A stretch of 64,000 bases of DNA from contig JAAETI010000355.1 in assembly GCA_024228555.1 (NCBI GenBank), positions 3,602 through 67,601 of the forward strand, read 5' to 3'. Position 1 is the first letter of the stretch; each line of letters starts with the position of its first letter. The notes beneath the pieces were generated by a model that was given only the letters and a program-made list of their open reading frames with translations, searched no databases and had not been told where the DNA came from. The position numbers were made by a program, and so were the translations under genes. Positions 41,833 through 51,499 of the stretch are shown here, one piece after another. The stretch comes from a bacterium (GTDB lineage: Bacteria > Actinomycetota > Acidimicrobiia > Spongiisociales > UBA5794).

Positions 41833-43176
41833 CTAGACAACACCCTGCGAGAGCATCGCATCGGCAACCTTGAGGAAGCCTGCGATGTTTGCACCATTGA
41901 CATAATTCCCAGGGGTTCCTGCCGTCTCCGCGGCTTGGTAACAGTTCTTGTGGATGTCAACCATGATGTTGCGCAGCTTCTTGTCGACCGTGTTGCGGTC
42001 CCATGTTGTGTGACCCGCGTTCTGCGCCATCTCGAGACCGCTGGTGGCCACACCACCGGCATTGGCCGCCTTGCCCGGAGCAAACAGTGTTCCCTCATCT
42101 TGGAACAGACGCACTCCGTCGGGGACGGTCGGCATATTCGCACCTTCGGCAACCAGGGTGATGCTGTTGGCGGCGAGCGCCTTGGCATCTTCCAGGTCGA
42201 TCTCGTTTTGGGTGGCACAGGGGAAGGCGCAGTCGGCACCCTCGACTGTCCAGGGCCGTTTGCCTTCGTAGTAGGCGACCCCAAAGTGCTCGGCGTACTC
42301 CGAGATGCGCCCACGGCGGACATTCTTGAGGTCCATCACCCAAGTCAGCTTCTCGTCGTCGATGCCATCCTTGTCGTAGATGTAGCCACCGGAGTCCGAC
42401 AGCGTCACGGCCTTGCCACCGATGCGGTTGATGTTCTCGACGGCGTATTGGGCAACGTTCCCGGAACCAGAGACCAAGCAGGTCTTCTCGTAGATGCTGT
42501 CGTCCTTTATCTTCAGCATTTCTTCGGCGAAGTAGATGGTGCCGTATCCGGTTGCCTCGGGACGGATGAGGCTTCCACCCCAACCGTGGCCCTTGCCGGT
42601 GAGGACACCGCTGAATTCGTTGGCCAGCTTCTTGTACATCCCGAAGAGGAAGCCGATTTCACGGCCACCGACACCGATGTCGCCAGCGGGCACGTCGGTA
42701 CGGGGGCCGATGTGGCGCCACAGTTCGCTCATGAACGACTGGCAGAAGCGCATGACCTCGACGTCGCTCTTGCCCTTGGGATCGAAGTCAGATCCACCCT
42801 TGCCGCCACCCATTGGGAGAGTGGTCAAGGCGTTCTTGAAGACCTGCTCGAACCCAAGGAACTTGAGGATCCCCAGGTTGACGCTTGGGTGGAAGCGGAG
42901 ACCGCCCTTGTAGGGGCCGATCGCGCTGTTCATCTCGACCCGGAAGCCGCGATTGACGTGGACTTCTCCAGCGTCGTCTACCCAGGGTACGCGGAACATG
43001 ATGACCCGTTCGGGCTCAACCATCCGCTCCAGGATCTTGGCTTGGCGAATCTCGGGGAAATCATCGAGAACCGGAATGATCGATTCGACGACTTCTTGGA
43101 CCGCTTGGTGGAATTCGGCTTCACCGGGGCTGCGTTGTGCAACCTTCTCCATGAACGCCGGTACAGAATTAGTCAC
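41833..43176 (-). CDS. gdhA: NADP-specific glutamate dehydrogenase
   Basis: GGGKGG and GVGGREIGFLFG motifs, with full-length Glu/Leu/Phe/Val dehydrogenase family architecture. Confidence 0.95.
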   Translation of the reverse strand: MTNSVPAFMEKVAQRSPGEAEFHQAVQEVVESIIPVLDDFPEIRQAKILERMVEPERVIMFRVPWVDDAGEVHVNRGFRVEMNSAIGPYKGGLRFHPSVNLGILKFLGFEQVFKNALTTLPMGGGKGGSDFDPKGKSDVEVMRFCQSFMSELWRHIGPRTDVPAGDIGVGGREIGFLFGMYKKLANEFSGVLTGKGHGWGGSLIRPEATGYGTIYFAEEMLKIKDDSIYEKTCLVSGSGNVAQYAVENINRIGGKAVTLSDSGGYIYDKDGIDDEKLTWVMDLKNVRRGRISEYAEHFGVAYYEGKRPWTVEGADCAFPCATQNEIDLEDAKALAANSITLVAEGANMPTVPDGVRLFQDEGTLFAPGKAANAGGVATSGLEMAQNAGHTTWDRNTVDKKLRNIMVDIHKNCYQAAETAGTPGNYVNGANIAGFLKVADAMLSQGVV

Positions 43177-43501
43177 GCCTTACGCCTCCGTGGGACGGGT
43201 ATCGAAAACGCATCTCTCTTCTTCTTCTGTCGGCATACGCCGGGTGACAATTCACCATCTTGTTGGCTACTGCCGTGATTTCTGGCGGTACCAACAGGAC
43301 CCGAAGCCACAGATTGAATCCCAGGTAAGAGAGAACTGAGTATCCATCTCGCTACAGCCTATAGCCTTCGCCCAGATTTGGCATGGACCGTTGTGCCCTG
43401 TCCCAAAGGCCCTTTGACAGAAAGTACAGAACGAGTCCGCAAAAGCGCCGCCGAGCGGCCGTTCAAACACGAACACCCGACCCGGTGGGTGGGTGTGAGA
43501 A

Positions 43502-43527
43502 TTCGGCGACAGCCCGCTGTCGCCGAA
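43502..43527 (-). terminator. hairpin downstream of second BMP ABC operon
   Basis: TTCGGCGACAG-cccg-CTGTCGCCGAA. Confidence 0.5.
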
Positions 43528-43530
43528 CCC

Positions 43531-44484
43531 CTATCTCTGTTCGCGGAAGTACGGTATACCCAGCGCCGCAGGGGCTCCGAGGAACCGGGCGCGTTTGCCA
43601 CTGGTGAGCACGATCATGGCAACGATGGCAAGGACGAACGGCAGCATCGCCAGCAAGCTGGACGGGATGTTGCTCCACGGTTCGCCGAGGGTTTGCAACG
43701 TGAAGCCAATCCGCTCCGCCGCACCAAACAGGTAGGCGGCGAATAGGGCTCGCCACGGCCGCCAGCTCGCCAGGATCACGAGGGAGATGGCAATCCAGCC
43801 GGCTGGCCCGATCGGCTCGTTCTGCCAGGTTGGGACCAAAGCCAGCGAGTAGTAGGCGCCACCAAGACCGGCCAATGCCCCACCGACCATGATGTGCACG
43901 TAGCGAATTCGTGCGACATTCACCCCGGCCGACTCAGCGCTGGCCGGGTCTTCGCCCACGGCGCGAAGCGACAGTCCCATCCGGGTGCGGAAGAGGTAGA
44001 AGCTCGCAGCCGCCACCGTCAACCAAGAGACATAGACGAGGATGTCGTGGCCAAAGATCAGTGGACCGATAACGGGGATGTCGGCAAGGCCGCCTTCGAG
44101 GATTGGCTCGAAGGTCGCCTTTGAAGGCTCACCAACCAGGGGCTCTGCACCGGCCTCGCCGAGGAAGCTCGACAAGCCGGCTCCGAAGATTGTCAAAGCC
44201 AGCCCGGAGACGATCTGGCTGACTCGGAGCGTGACCGAGGCGAAAGCGTGGATCATGGAGAAGCCAGCCCCGGCGATCATCGCAACGATTACCCCAAGCA
44301 GCAGACTTTCGGTGTTGTACGTTGCCCAGAAACCAGCGACGGCGCCGACAAGCATCATGCCCTGGACCCCAAGGTTGAGGTTGCCCGCCCGTTCGGTGAT
44401 GATTTCTCCGACGGTGGCATAGACGATGCCGGTACCCAGCCCCATGGCCGCAAACAGTGTGAGGATCAGCGTTGACTCGTTCAT
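43531..44484 (-). CDS. ABC transporter permease (BMP/nucleoside type)
   Basis: Multi-TM protein with a 4-nt overlap with the upstream permease. Confidence 0.85.
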   Translation of the reverse strand: MNESTLILTLFAAMGLGTGIVYATVGEIITERAGNLNLGVQGMMLVGAVAGFWATYNTESLLLGVIVAMIAGAGFSMIHAFASVTLRVSQIVSGLALTIFGAGLSSFLGEAGAEPLVGEPSKATFEPILEGGLADIPVIGPLIFGHDILVYVSWLTVAAASFYLFRTRMGLSLRAVGEDPASAESAGVNVARIRYVHIMVGGALAGLGGAYYSLALVPTWQNEPIGPAGWIAISLVILASWRPWRALFAAYLFGAAERIGFTLQTLGEPWSNIPSSLLAMLPFVLAIVAMIVLTSGKRARFLGAPAALGIPYFREQR

Positions 44485-45596
44485 GCTTCAACCCCCTCGG
44501 CTCCGGGAGACATAGACGGTTTCTTCTCCGGCTTGCGTACTCGATTGGCGATGAAGAACTCACCGGCAACAGCAAAGATAAGGATGGCGCCCTGGAGCAT
44601 GGTGACGGTGGACGCCGGCACCCGGATGGACTGAAGAGAGGGGCCGGCGTTGTTGAGCGCACCCATCAAGATGCCGACCGGGATGACTGCGATCGGATTG
44701 AGCCGGGCCAACGCGGCAACGATGATCCCGGTGAAGCCAAGGCCCAGATCCAGCGATCGAGGGTCGAGCGCTCCTACCGGTCCGGCAACATAGAGAGAAC
44801 CGGCGAGACCGGCGAAGGCTCCGGACATCAGGAAGACTCCGAGGAACTTTCGGGGAACCGCGATGCCGGCGTAGCGAGCAGTATCGGCCGAGTCACCGAC
44901 GATACGAACCTCGAATCCCCACTTCGTCTTGCTGATCAGGAACCAGGCGAGGATGGCGAGGAGCACGGCCACGACGAAACCCCAGTCGAGGCGATTGAAG
45001 AATTCGGGGATACGCGAGCTGTCGGGCAGCGGACGCCCGGTTGGGAATTGACTGACCTCTGGATCACGCCACGGGCTCTCGCTACCAAAGATCAAATAGT
45101 TCATGAAGTTGAGGGCTATGAAGTTGAGCATCAGGGTTGTGATGATCTCGTTCGTGCCGAGATACACCTTGGGCACTGCCGAAACCGATGCCCAGAAGGC
45201 GCCGCCGATTCCACCGGCGATGATCACCAGCGGCAGCGCAATCGCCATTGGCGTGCCTGGTCCGAGGGCAATGGCGAGACCTGCCGCAAAGATGGCGCCC
45301 ATGATGAACTGGCCTTCCGCACCGATGTTCCAGACCAGCATCTTGAATGCCACCGCGGCGGCAACACCGGTGAGGATCAGCGGTGTTGCCGAAATCAGAG
45401 TCTCGCTGATACCACGGCTGGAGCCGAACGAGGTCTTGGCCATCTTGGTGTAGACCTCCCACGGGTCGTTACCGGTGAGGGCTAGAAAGATGGCGCCGAC
45501 GATCAGAGCCAGCAGAACGGAAACCAGCGGAACGGCCAGCGTCAGCCGTCCCGAGGCAAGACCTCTCGGTTCAACAATGAGGCGTCGGGCGGTCAT
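44481..45596 (-). CDS. ABC transporter permease (BMP/nucleoside type)
   Basis: Multi-TM protein with a 4-nt overlap with the ATPase gene. Confidence 0.85.
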   Translation of the reverse strand: MTARRLIVEPRGLASGRLTLAVPLVSVLLALIVGAIFLALTGNDPWEVYTKMAKTSFGSSRGISETLISATPLILTGVAAAVAFKMLVWNIGAEGQFIMGAIFAAGLAIALGPGTPMAIALPLVIIAGGIGGAFWASVSAVPKVYLGTNEIITTLMLNFIALNFMNYLIFGSESPWRDPEVSQFPTGRPLPDSSRIPEFFNRLDWGFVVAVLLAILAWFLISKTKWGFEVRIVGDSADTARYAGIAVPRKFLGVFLMSGAFAGLAGSLYVAGPVGALDPRSLDLGLGFTGIIVAALARLNPIAVIPVGILMGALNNAGPSLQSIRVPASTVTMLQGAILIFAVAGEFFIANRVRKPEKKPSMSPGAEGVEA

Positions 45597-47125
45597 GTCG
45601 TTGCCTCCTCTTTTTGACCAGCCATAAGCAGGCCGAGCCGCTCCGGGGTCGCCTCATCAGCGGGCATTTCCCCGGCCACCGTACCCTCGTAGATCACAAT
45701 GACTCGGTCAGAGAGTGCCAGCAGCTCATCGAGATCCTCCGATACGAGCAGCACCGCGGTTCCTTCCGCTCGTTCAGCAAGGATCTGGTTGCGCACCGCC
45801 TCGGTGGCACCAACATCGAGACCACGAGTGGGGGAGCGGGCAATCAAGACCTTCGGGTTCAACTCAACCTCGCGAGCCAGTAGGGCTTTCTGCAGATTGC
45901 CACCGGACAGCAGGCGGATCGGTAGACCGGGTCGTACACCACGGATGTCGTACTTCTCGATCCATTCCTCTCCACGCTCCTTGAAGACGCTGGCGGTGAG
46001 CATGGGACCGTTGGAATAGGGTGGTTTGCGATAGGCCTTGAGGCCGAGGTTCTCCTCGGTGGTGAGGCCCGGAGCCAGCCCCATTCCGAGCCTGCTCTGG
46101 GGGACGTAGGCAACGCCGCGATCGGTGCGGTCGGACACAGACATCTTTGTGACATCCTCGCCGTCCAGTTTGATAGTCCCCGAGGTGGGGATACGAAGCC
46201 CGACAAGACCGTAGGCAAGCTCGCGTTGTCCGTTGCCCGAGACACCGGAAATCCCGAGGACCTCTCCCGATCTGATCGTGAAGGTCATGCCACGGACTGC
46301 TTCGAGACCGCGGTCGCCGTCGACACGTATTGAGTCCACTTCGAGCATTGGGCCACCGATATCTGGGTTCTCTTCCCTTGTGGGTAGCTCGAGATCGCGG
46401 CCAACCATCATTCGGGCAAGGTCGCGTGGCTCGGCATCGGCAGTGTCGGCGCCACCAACTGTGGTGCCGTCGCGCAGCACGGTCACTCGGTCAGACACCT
46501 GCTTGACCTCGTGGAGCTTGTGTGAGACGAAGATCACCGAGCGGCCTTCTTCAGCCATCTGACGCATCGTCTTGAAGAGCTGCTGGGCCTCCTGTGGCGT
46601 CAGCACCGCGGTCGGCTCATCGAGGATCAGAATCTTGGCGTTGCGGTACAGCAGTTTGAGGATCTCAACCCGCTGCTGCTCGCCGACAGACAGCTGCCAA
46701 ATGCGGGCGGCGGGATCGACCGGAAGGCCGTACTCCTCGCCAAGTTCCCGAGCTTCCTCTTCCAGCTGACTCTGAGAGATGGTCACCCCGAGCTTCGGGT
46801 GGCCGAGGGCCAGGTTCTCGGCGACGGTGAGGTTGGAGACCAGGCGGAAGTGCTGATAGACCATGCCGACACCGGCAGCAAGAGCATCCTTTGGCGTCTT
46901 GAAGACCGTTGGCTTGCCTTCGTAGAGGAACTCTCCTGCATCAGGGCGATACAGCCCAGCGAGGATTGAGCACAGCGTCGACTTGCCAGCCCCGTTCTCG
47001 CCAAGAAGAGCATGAACCTCTCCGTGACGTAATTCGAAGTTGACGTTGTCATTGGCTTTTACGCCATAGAACGCCTTGTCGATGTTGCGAAACTCTACTG
47101 CCAGTGTGTCTGCGTGATCGGCCAT
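45593..47125 (-). CDS. ABC transporter ATP-binding protein (duplicated ATPase)
   Basis: GENGAGKSTLCSIL plus a second NBD. Confidence 0.9.
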   Translation of the reverse strand: MADHADTLAVEFRNIDKAFYGVKANDNVNFELRHGEVHALLGENGAGKSTLCSILAGLYRPDAGEFLYEGKPTVFKTPKDALAAGVGMVYQHFRLVSNLTVAENLALGHPKLGVTISQSQLEEEARELGEEYGLPVDPAARIWQLSVGEQQRVEILKLLYRNAKILILDEPTAVLTPQEAQQLFKTMRQMAEEGRSVIFVSHKLHEVKQVSDRVTVLRDGTTVGGADTADAEPRDLARMMVGRDLELPTREENPDIGGPMLEVDSIRVDGDRGLEAVRGMTFTIRSGEVLGISGVSGNGQRELAYGLVGLRIPTSGTIKLDGEDVTKMSVSDRTDRGVAYVPQSRLGMGLAPGLTTEENLGLKAYRKPPYSNGPMLTASVFKERGEEWIEKYDIRGVRPGLPIRLLSGGNLQKALLAREVELNPKVLIARSPTRGLDVGATEAVRNQILAERAEGTAVLLVSEDLDELLALSDRVIVIYEGTVAGEMPADEATPERLGLLMAGQKEEATT

Positions 47126-47227
47126 TGCCGTAGCCTAGCCAGTCGTCTTCCTCGTGGCTCGTTGCGCCCAAAAAGCAAGAAGGGCCCCGCCAGAAGCGGG
47201 GCCCTTCTTCATGTTTGTGTGTATCGA

Positions 47228-48349
47228 TCAGCCGGTTGGGCTACCGATAACACCATTGACGAAGAAGTCCATACCGAAGATGTCGCCGAGCTCGCGCTCA
47301 TTGCCATCCTGATCAACGATCGGGTCGGGCAGCACGCTGAACGTGCCGGCGATGATCTCGGCCTTGCGCTCTTCGATGAGAGTACGAGTGGCGTCGTCGA
47401 CCGAGTCGCCGAACGGTGCAATGTCAACCATGCCGCTGGCCATCGTGCCGTAGGCGAAGCCGGGTTCGAAGGTACCGGCCTGGACGGCCTGTGCGACCTC
47501 TAGGTAGTACGGGCCCCAGTCCCAGATGGCTGCGGTGAGCCAGGCGCTGGGGGCGAACTCGGTCATGTCGGTGTTGTAGCCGACCCACTTGGCTCCGGCT
47601 GCTTCGGCCGTCTGGCCGGGAGCTGCCGAGTCCTGGTGCATGGCGATGACGTCTGCGCCGGCGTCGAGCAGCGATTGTGCGGCCGCGCCTTCCTTCGGCG
47701 GATCAAACCAGGTTGATGTCCAGACGACCTGGACCTGTGCGTCCGGGTTGACTTCCTGGGCGCCCAATGTGAAGGCGTTGATGCCACGCAGCACCTCAGG
47801 GATCGGGAAGGCAGCGACGTAGCCGATGAGGTTGCCCTCGGTGGCTGCGCCCGCGGCCATTCCGCTCAGGTAGCGACCCTCTTCGGCAGCGCCGAAGTAG
47901 TTGCCCATGTTCTCAGAGGCCTTGTAGCCAGTGGCGTGCATGAAGGTCACATCCGGGTAGTTCTCCGCTGCGGCCAGCATCGGATCCATGTAGCCAAACG
48001 ATGTGCCGAAAATGAGCGTGTTGCCGTCGGCGGCAAGATCCTCAAACACACGCTGGGAGTCCGAGCCCTCGGGAATGCTCTCGAGGAACACCGTCTCGAC
48101 GTTCATGTTGTCTTCGAGATACTGCATGCCCTGGTCATGTGCCCAGGACCAGCCTTTGTCAGCTACGGGGCCGACGTGGACAAAGGCAACCTTGAGTGGC
48201 TCGCCATCATCCACCGGTGCGGCGGTGGTCTCGGTTCCGCCTGCTGCTGCCGTGGTTGTCGTGTCCTCATCGTCTCCGCCACACGCCGCCGCGACGAGCG
48301 CAAGAGCAAGAGCGAGGATTGCGAGCAACCGCCAATTGATACGGTTCAT
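47228..48349 (-). CDS. BMP-family (PnrA-like) ABC substrate-binding lipoprotein
   Basis: Lipobox LVAAACGG followed by a BMP fold. Confidence 0.85.
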   Translation of the reverse strand: MNRINWRLLAILALALALVAAACGGDDEDTTTTAAAGGTETTAAPVDDGEPLKVAFVHVGPVADKGWSWAHDQGMQYLEDNMNVETVFLESIPEGSDSQRVFEDLAADGNTLIFGTSFGYMDPMLAAAENYPDVTFMHATGYKASENMGNYFGAAEEGRYLSGMAAGAATEGNLIGYVAAFPIPEVLRGINAFTLGAQEVNPDAQVQVVWTSTWFDPPKEGAAAQSLLDAGADVIAMHQDSAAPGQTAEAAGAKWVGYNTDMTEFAPSAWLTAAIWDWGPYYLEVAQAVQAGTFEPGFAYGTMASGMVDIAPFGDSVDDATRTLIEERKAEIIAGTFSVLPDPIVDQDGNERELGDIFGMDFFVNGVIGSPTG

Positions 48350-48537
48350 TGATCCTTCTTTCTGGAATCGTCATCCCGGATTTGATGCCGGGAGAGAAAC
48401 GTAGCCTTTACTTTAGGTAGAGGACCGAGATAGCGCCTATCGGTTTGCCGCGGTGGGGCCACAAGCGCCCGCAGAAAGTGACTCCTGTCGCATGAATTGG
48501 GCCTTGCAAATCCTGTTGGGGCAGATCATGTTGAGAA

Positions 48538-49170
48538 GTGGACACATCCGACTTGGAGGCCAAAGTGGCATTTCGCAGGCTGCAGGGGTGGCGCTGTACA
48601 GCCCTTTCGCCTCGATGCAAGTCCGCACTCTGTGGCGCCCTCGCCGGTGCCGTTCTCAGTCTGGTCCTGGTGGCAGGACCGCTGTGGCTGATCGGTGGAG
48701 GGAGAACTGCTGCGTCCGGTGTTGGCGGAGCCGCTCCTTTGGCTGCGCTGTCAACCGTGCCTGCGGAGTCTTCCCAGTTTGATATATCGGGCTTGCTCGT
48801 CGGTGATTGGATCGGCGAGATGTGTGACGATGAGGGCGAACCAGTTCCGATCCGCTTTGAGTTCGTTCACGATCAGAGCGACGACGTGTATTACTCGCTC
48901 AGCCTCGATGGTGTCATCCATTCGCAGGGGACCCTTGGAAGTGGTGCATGCGAGGTTGAGGGCGAGGACGTGGCCTTTCATACATTCCTGGCGATCCTGA
49001 ACGACTGTGACGACGCTTGTGGGGTTGACCGCGTCTACGAGGGCCACTTTGAGGAGGGGGCCCTCGTCGGGAGCTACACCGATGCGGTCATGGATGAGGC
49101 ATGCGTCTCCTGTGTCGGAGGCGGGACCTGGTGGCTGGAGCCAGCCGCGGTGACCGAGTCAGATCTCTAG
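48538..49170 (+). CDS. hypothetical Cys-rich, probably exported protein
   Basis: Hydrophobic N-terminal segment and an acidic Cys-containing C-terminus (CDDEGEP...CEVEGED...CDDACGVD...CVSCVGGG). Start uncertain. Confidence 0.35.
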   Translation: MDTSDLEAKVAFRRLQGWRCTALSPRCKSALCGALAGAVLSLVLVAGPLWLIGGGRTAASGVGGAAPLAALSTVPAESSQFDISGLLVGDWIGEMCDDEGEPVPIRFEFVHDQSDDVYYSLSLDGVIHSQGTLGSGACEVEGEDVAFHTFLAILNDCDDACGVDRVYEGHFEEGALVGSYTDAVMDEACVSCVGGGTWWLEPAAVTESDL

Positions 49171-49202
49171 AAGCAACGTACGCTGCGGATTACAGTTTCC
49201 AT

Positions 49203-49748
49203 ATGGGACCATCCAATCGAGCACTACACGATCCCCGCTATCAACAACCACTCGAAGCAGGATGGTGGAAGACGGTTGCCGGGTGGCGGTCGATTCTGAA
49301 ATCACATCGGATTGATCGGCGCGCCAAGCCGATTGTGATTGTGTTCATTCTTGCAATCTTCCTGTTGGTCGGTCTGGCGACGCAATGGAAGGGTTGGGGG
49401 CTGTATGCGGCCGCCGCCGGCCTATTGATCCTGGTGGTCTCTGTCTTCAGCCCTCTAGATGTTGCCGACTACCGCGACCGGGAGCCGCTCGAGCCGGGTT
49501 GGTGGAGGTCAGCCTCCGGCTGGAGGCAGGCCCAGTTGGCCGGCTTGGACGAGCCGGGAATGGCCGGTGCCACTCTTGTGGTCGGGCTGTGCGGCGCCGC
49601 GCTTTTGCTTGTCGTCAGCGGAGGCGAGAGATGGGGTGGGGCGATGGCGGTGGTGTCGGTGTCCTCCCGTGGATTTCTGCCGGTGCAATATCGGTGGCTA
49701 ACTGTGGCTGCTGGGCTCGCTCTTGTCTTTGCCGGCGCCGCGTCGTAG
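49203..49748 (+). CDS. hypothetical membrane protein with duplicated EPLExGWW(K/R)...GWR motif
   Basis: Internal repeat QQPLEAGWWKTVAGWRS / REPLEPGWWRSASGWRQ, each followed by a TM helix. Confidence 0.4.
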   Translation: MGPSNRALHDPRYQQPLEAGWWKTVAGWRSILKSHRIDRRAKPIVIVFILAIFLLVGLATQWKGWGLYAAAAGLLILVVSVFSPLDVADYRDREPLEPGWWRSASGWRQAQLAGLDEPGMAGATLVVGLCGAALLLVVSGGERWGGAMAVVSVSSRGFLPVQYRWLTVAAGLALVFAGAAS

Positions 49749-49757
49749 GGGCAGGGC

Positions 49758-51434
49758 CTAGCTGCCACCCTCACTACGAACCATCCGGTACCGGTGATCC
49801 CACCACAGCGCCGACTCGCCGAGTTCATGCGGGATGCCGTTCACCGTCACGGTCGGCTGCAGGCTTGTGGAGACGACGTCGTGGATGTTCGCCAAAAAGG
49901 TATCGATGTCGTCCTGAACTGCGTTGGCTACTCCGAAGCCGACACCGGCTTCAACCATTGCAGTTGACAAGCCGATTCTGAAGGCAGCGAACACCGGTGC
50001 GAGTACCAGATCGGCTGCAGCTACAGCGGCGGTGATGAGATTGATGTCGTCCTTGGCATCGTCGGCATATCTGGCAAGGGCGTTGTTCAGAGATCCAGCG
50101 AAGTAGGCAAGATTCTGGGCGTGCGGATACCGGTAGTCGGGGTCGGCACCGAAGGAAGCGAAACGCCGCGGATCGACAGCGTCCCCACCGCGCAATGTGG
50201 CGGCGATCGTTCCGATCGTTGCACTCTCACCGCCACTAACCATCTCAAATAGAAAGTCGCTGAATACGGTGCCGAGAGGGTCGACCGTGGTCGCCAGCGA
50301 TTCGATGACGCGATCGGGGTCGGTCGCGAGAAGCCGATTCGCCAGTTCGAGCAAGACCGGCTCTGCCTGAGCCAGCGCAAGTGCAGCTGTTCTGACTCGT
50401 TCGAGGTTTTCCGTCCTCGTCACGAGACTGCGCTGAGCTGCCGCATCTGTGACGAAGGGGACGATCACGTGTAGTGCAGTGGCCGCCACATCAGGATCGG
50501 TGACGCGTCCCAGGACCCTACCGAGATTGGAGAGTAGATCGGTGCCGTTGGGCATTGCCAGGCTGTCGGCGACGAGAAGGGGGAGCGCACCACCCTCGAC
50601 GATCTGATCGACCATTCCGTTGACGATTGCCGGTTCCTCGACTTCACCAATCGCCGCCAAGATCGCAACCGTCGAATAGGGAGTGGCTTTCAGGTTGGTG
50701 GCGAGGACATCGGCGACAAAGCGGGCGATGACTGCGTCGCTGACTGCGGCCCCAACGGCGGCCCCGAAGTCGATTGCATCCGCTGGGGTGCCGCCAGCGA
50801 GGATGGCGTCGTGGACCTTGCCCAGGGAGTTGGGCGAGCGAGCGAGCAACGCAAACACCTCTTGCTTCTCAGCACGGGAGAAGCCGTTGATGCGGTTTCC
50901 CATTTCGGCTATCCAACGTTTGAGCTGCGGTTGGGACAAGCCTGCGATGACTCCCTCGAGTTCGGATGGAGATAGCCCGCCGATTGCTTGCCGGATGTTG
51001 TGCAGATCGGCGTTGGTCACGTCCCAGTCTCTCCACGTCTCGTTGAGCCAGGCTGACACGTTGACGATGGTCTCATCGATGTGGTTGCATCCGGCTGCAG
51101 ACTGCTCGACCCATCGCAGATATGTCTCCGCAAGGTTCTCCATCGAAAACGTAGCGGACACGGCGAAGTGGGCACGCAAGTTGGCGGCCAAACTGAAGTG
51201 TTCGCCTTGGACGTTGTCGATGGCGGCCGCCCGCCATTGCAGTGTGCTGCAAGTCTGGTCGGACCAATTGTGCGCCCGGCCTACGACGGCGGCTATCTCT
51301 GCTGCGTCGGAGGTCCGCCCATTGCTGCCGAGGATGGCGACGGTGGCGATGCTGAGTTGGCGGGCGTTGCCGCAATGTCTTGCCAGCTCGATGACGAGAC
51401 CGCCGAGTCCCGCGGGGTCGATGCCTCGAAACAA
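49758..51434 (-). CDS. large Ala-rich hypothetical protein (558 aa), no recognisable domain
   Basis: Long ORF with GC3-consistent codon usage and no TM or signal peptide. Lies 66 nt downstream of the ABC-2 permease. Confidence 0.6.
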   Translation of the reverse strand: MFRGIDPAGLGGLVIELARHCGNARQLSIATVAILGSNGRTSDAAEIAAVVGRAHNWSDQTCSTLQWRAAAIDNVQGEHFSLAANLRAHFAVSATFSMENLAETYLRWVEQSAAGCNHIDETIVNVSAWLNETWRDWDVTNADLHNIRQAIGGLSPSELEGVIAGLSQPQLKRWIAEMGNRINGFSRAEKQEVFALLARSPNSLGKVHDAILAGGTPADAIDFGAAVGAAVSDAVIARFVADVLATNLKATPYSTVAILAAIGEVEEPAIVNGMVDQIVEGGALPLLVADSLAMPNGTDLLSNLGRVLGRVTDPDVAATALHVIVPFVTDAAAQRSLVTRTENLERVRTAALALAQAEPVLLELANRLLATDPDRVIESLATTVDPLGTVFSDFLFEMVSGGESATIGTIAATLRGGDAVDPRRFASFGADPDYRYPHAQNLAYFAGSLNNALARYADDAKDDINLITAAVAAADLVLAPVFAAFRIGLSTAMVEAGVGFGVANAVQDDIDTFLANIHDVVSTSLQPTVTVNGIPHELGESALWWDHRYRMVRSEGGS

Positions 51435-51499
51435 CTAATCCTACCCTGGTAGATAGCAGTATGTTACGATATGTACCAGAGTAAGACAATACCTCAGTA
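51435..51499 (-). promoter_or_regulatory. low-GC intergenic spacer with imperfect palindrome
   Basis: CTGGTAGAT-N17-ATGTACCAG, an 8/9 inverted repeat, sits in a strikingly AT-rich 65-nt spacer. Confidence 0.3.

Noticed and set aside
41935-43278. 447-aa + strand ORF
   Set aside because: It is antisense to gdhA, whose protein is unmistakable, so this is a GC-driven shadow ORF.
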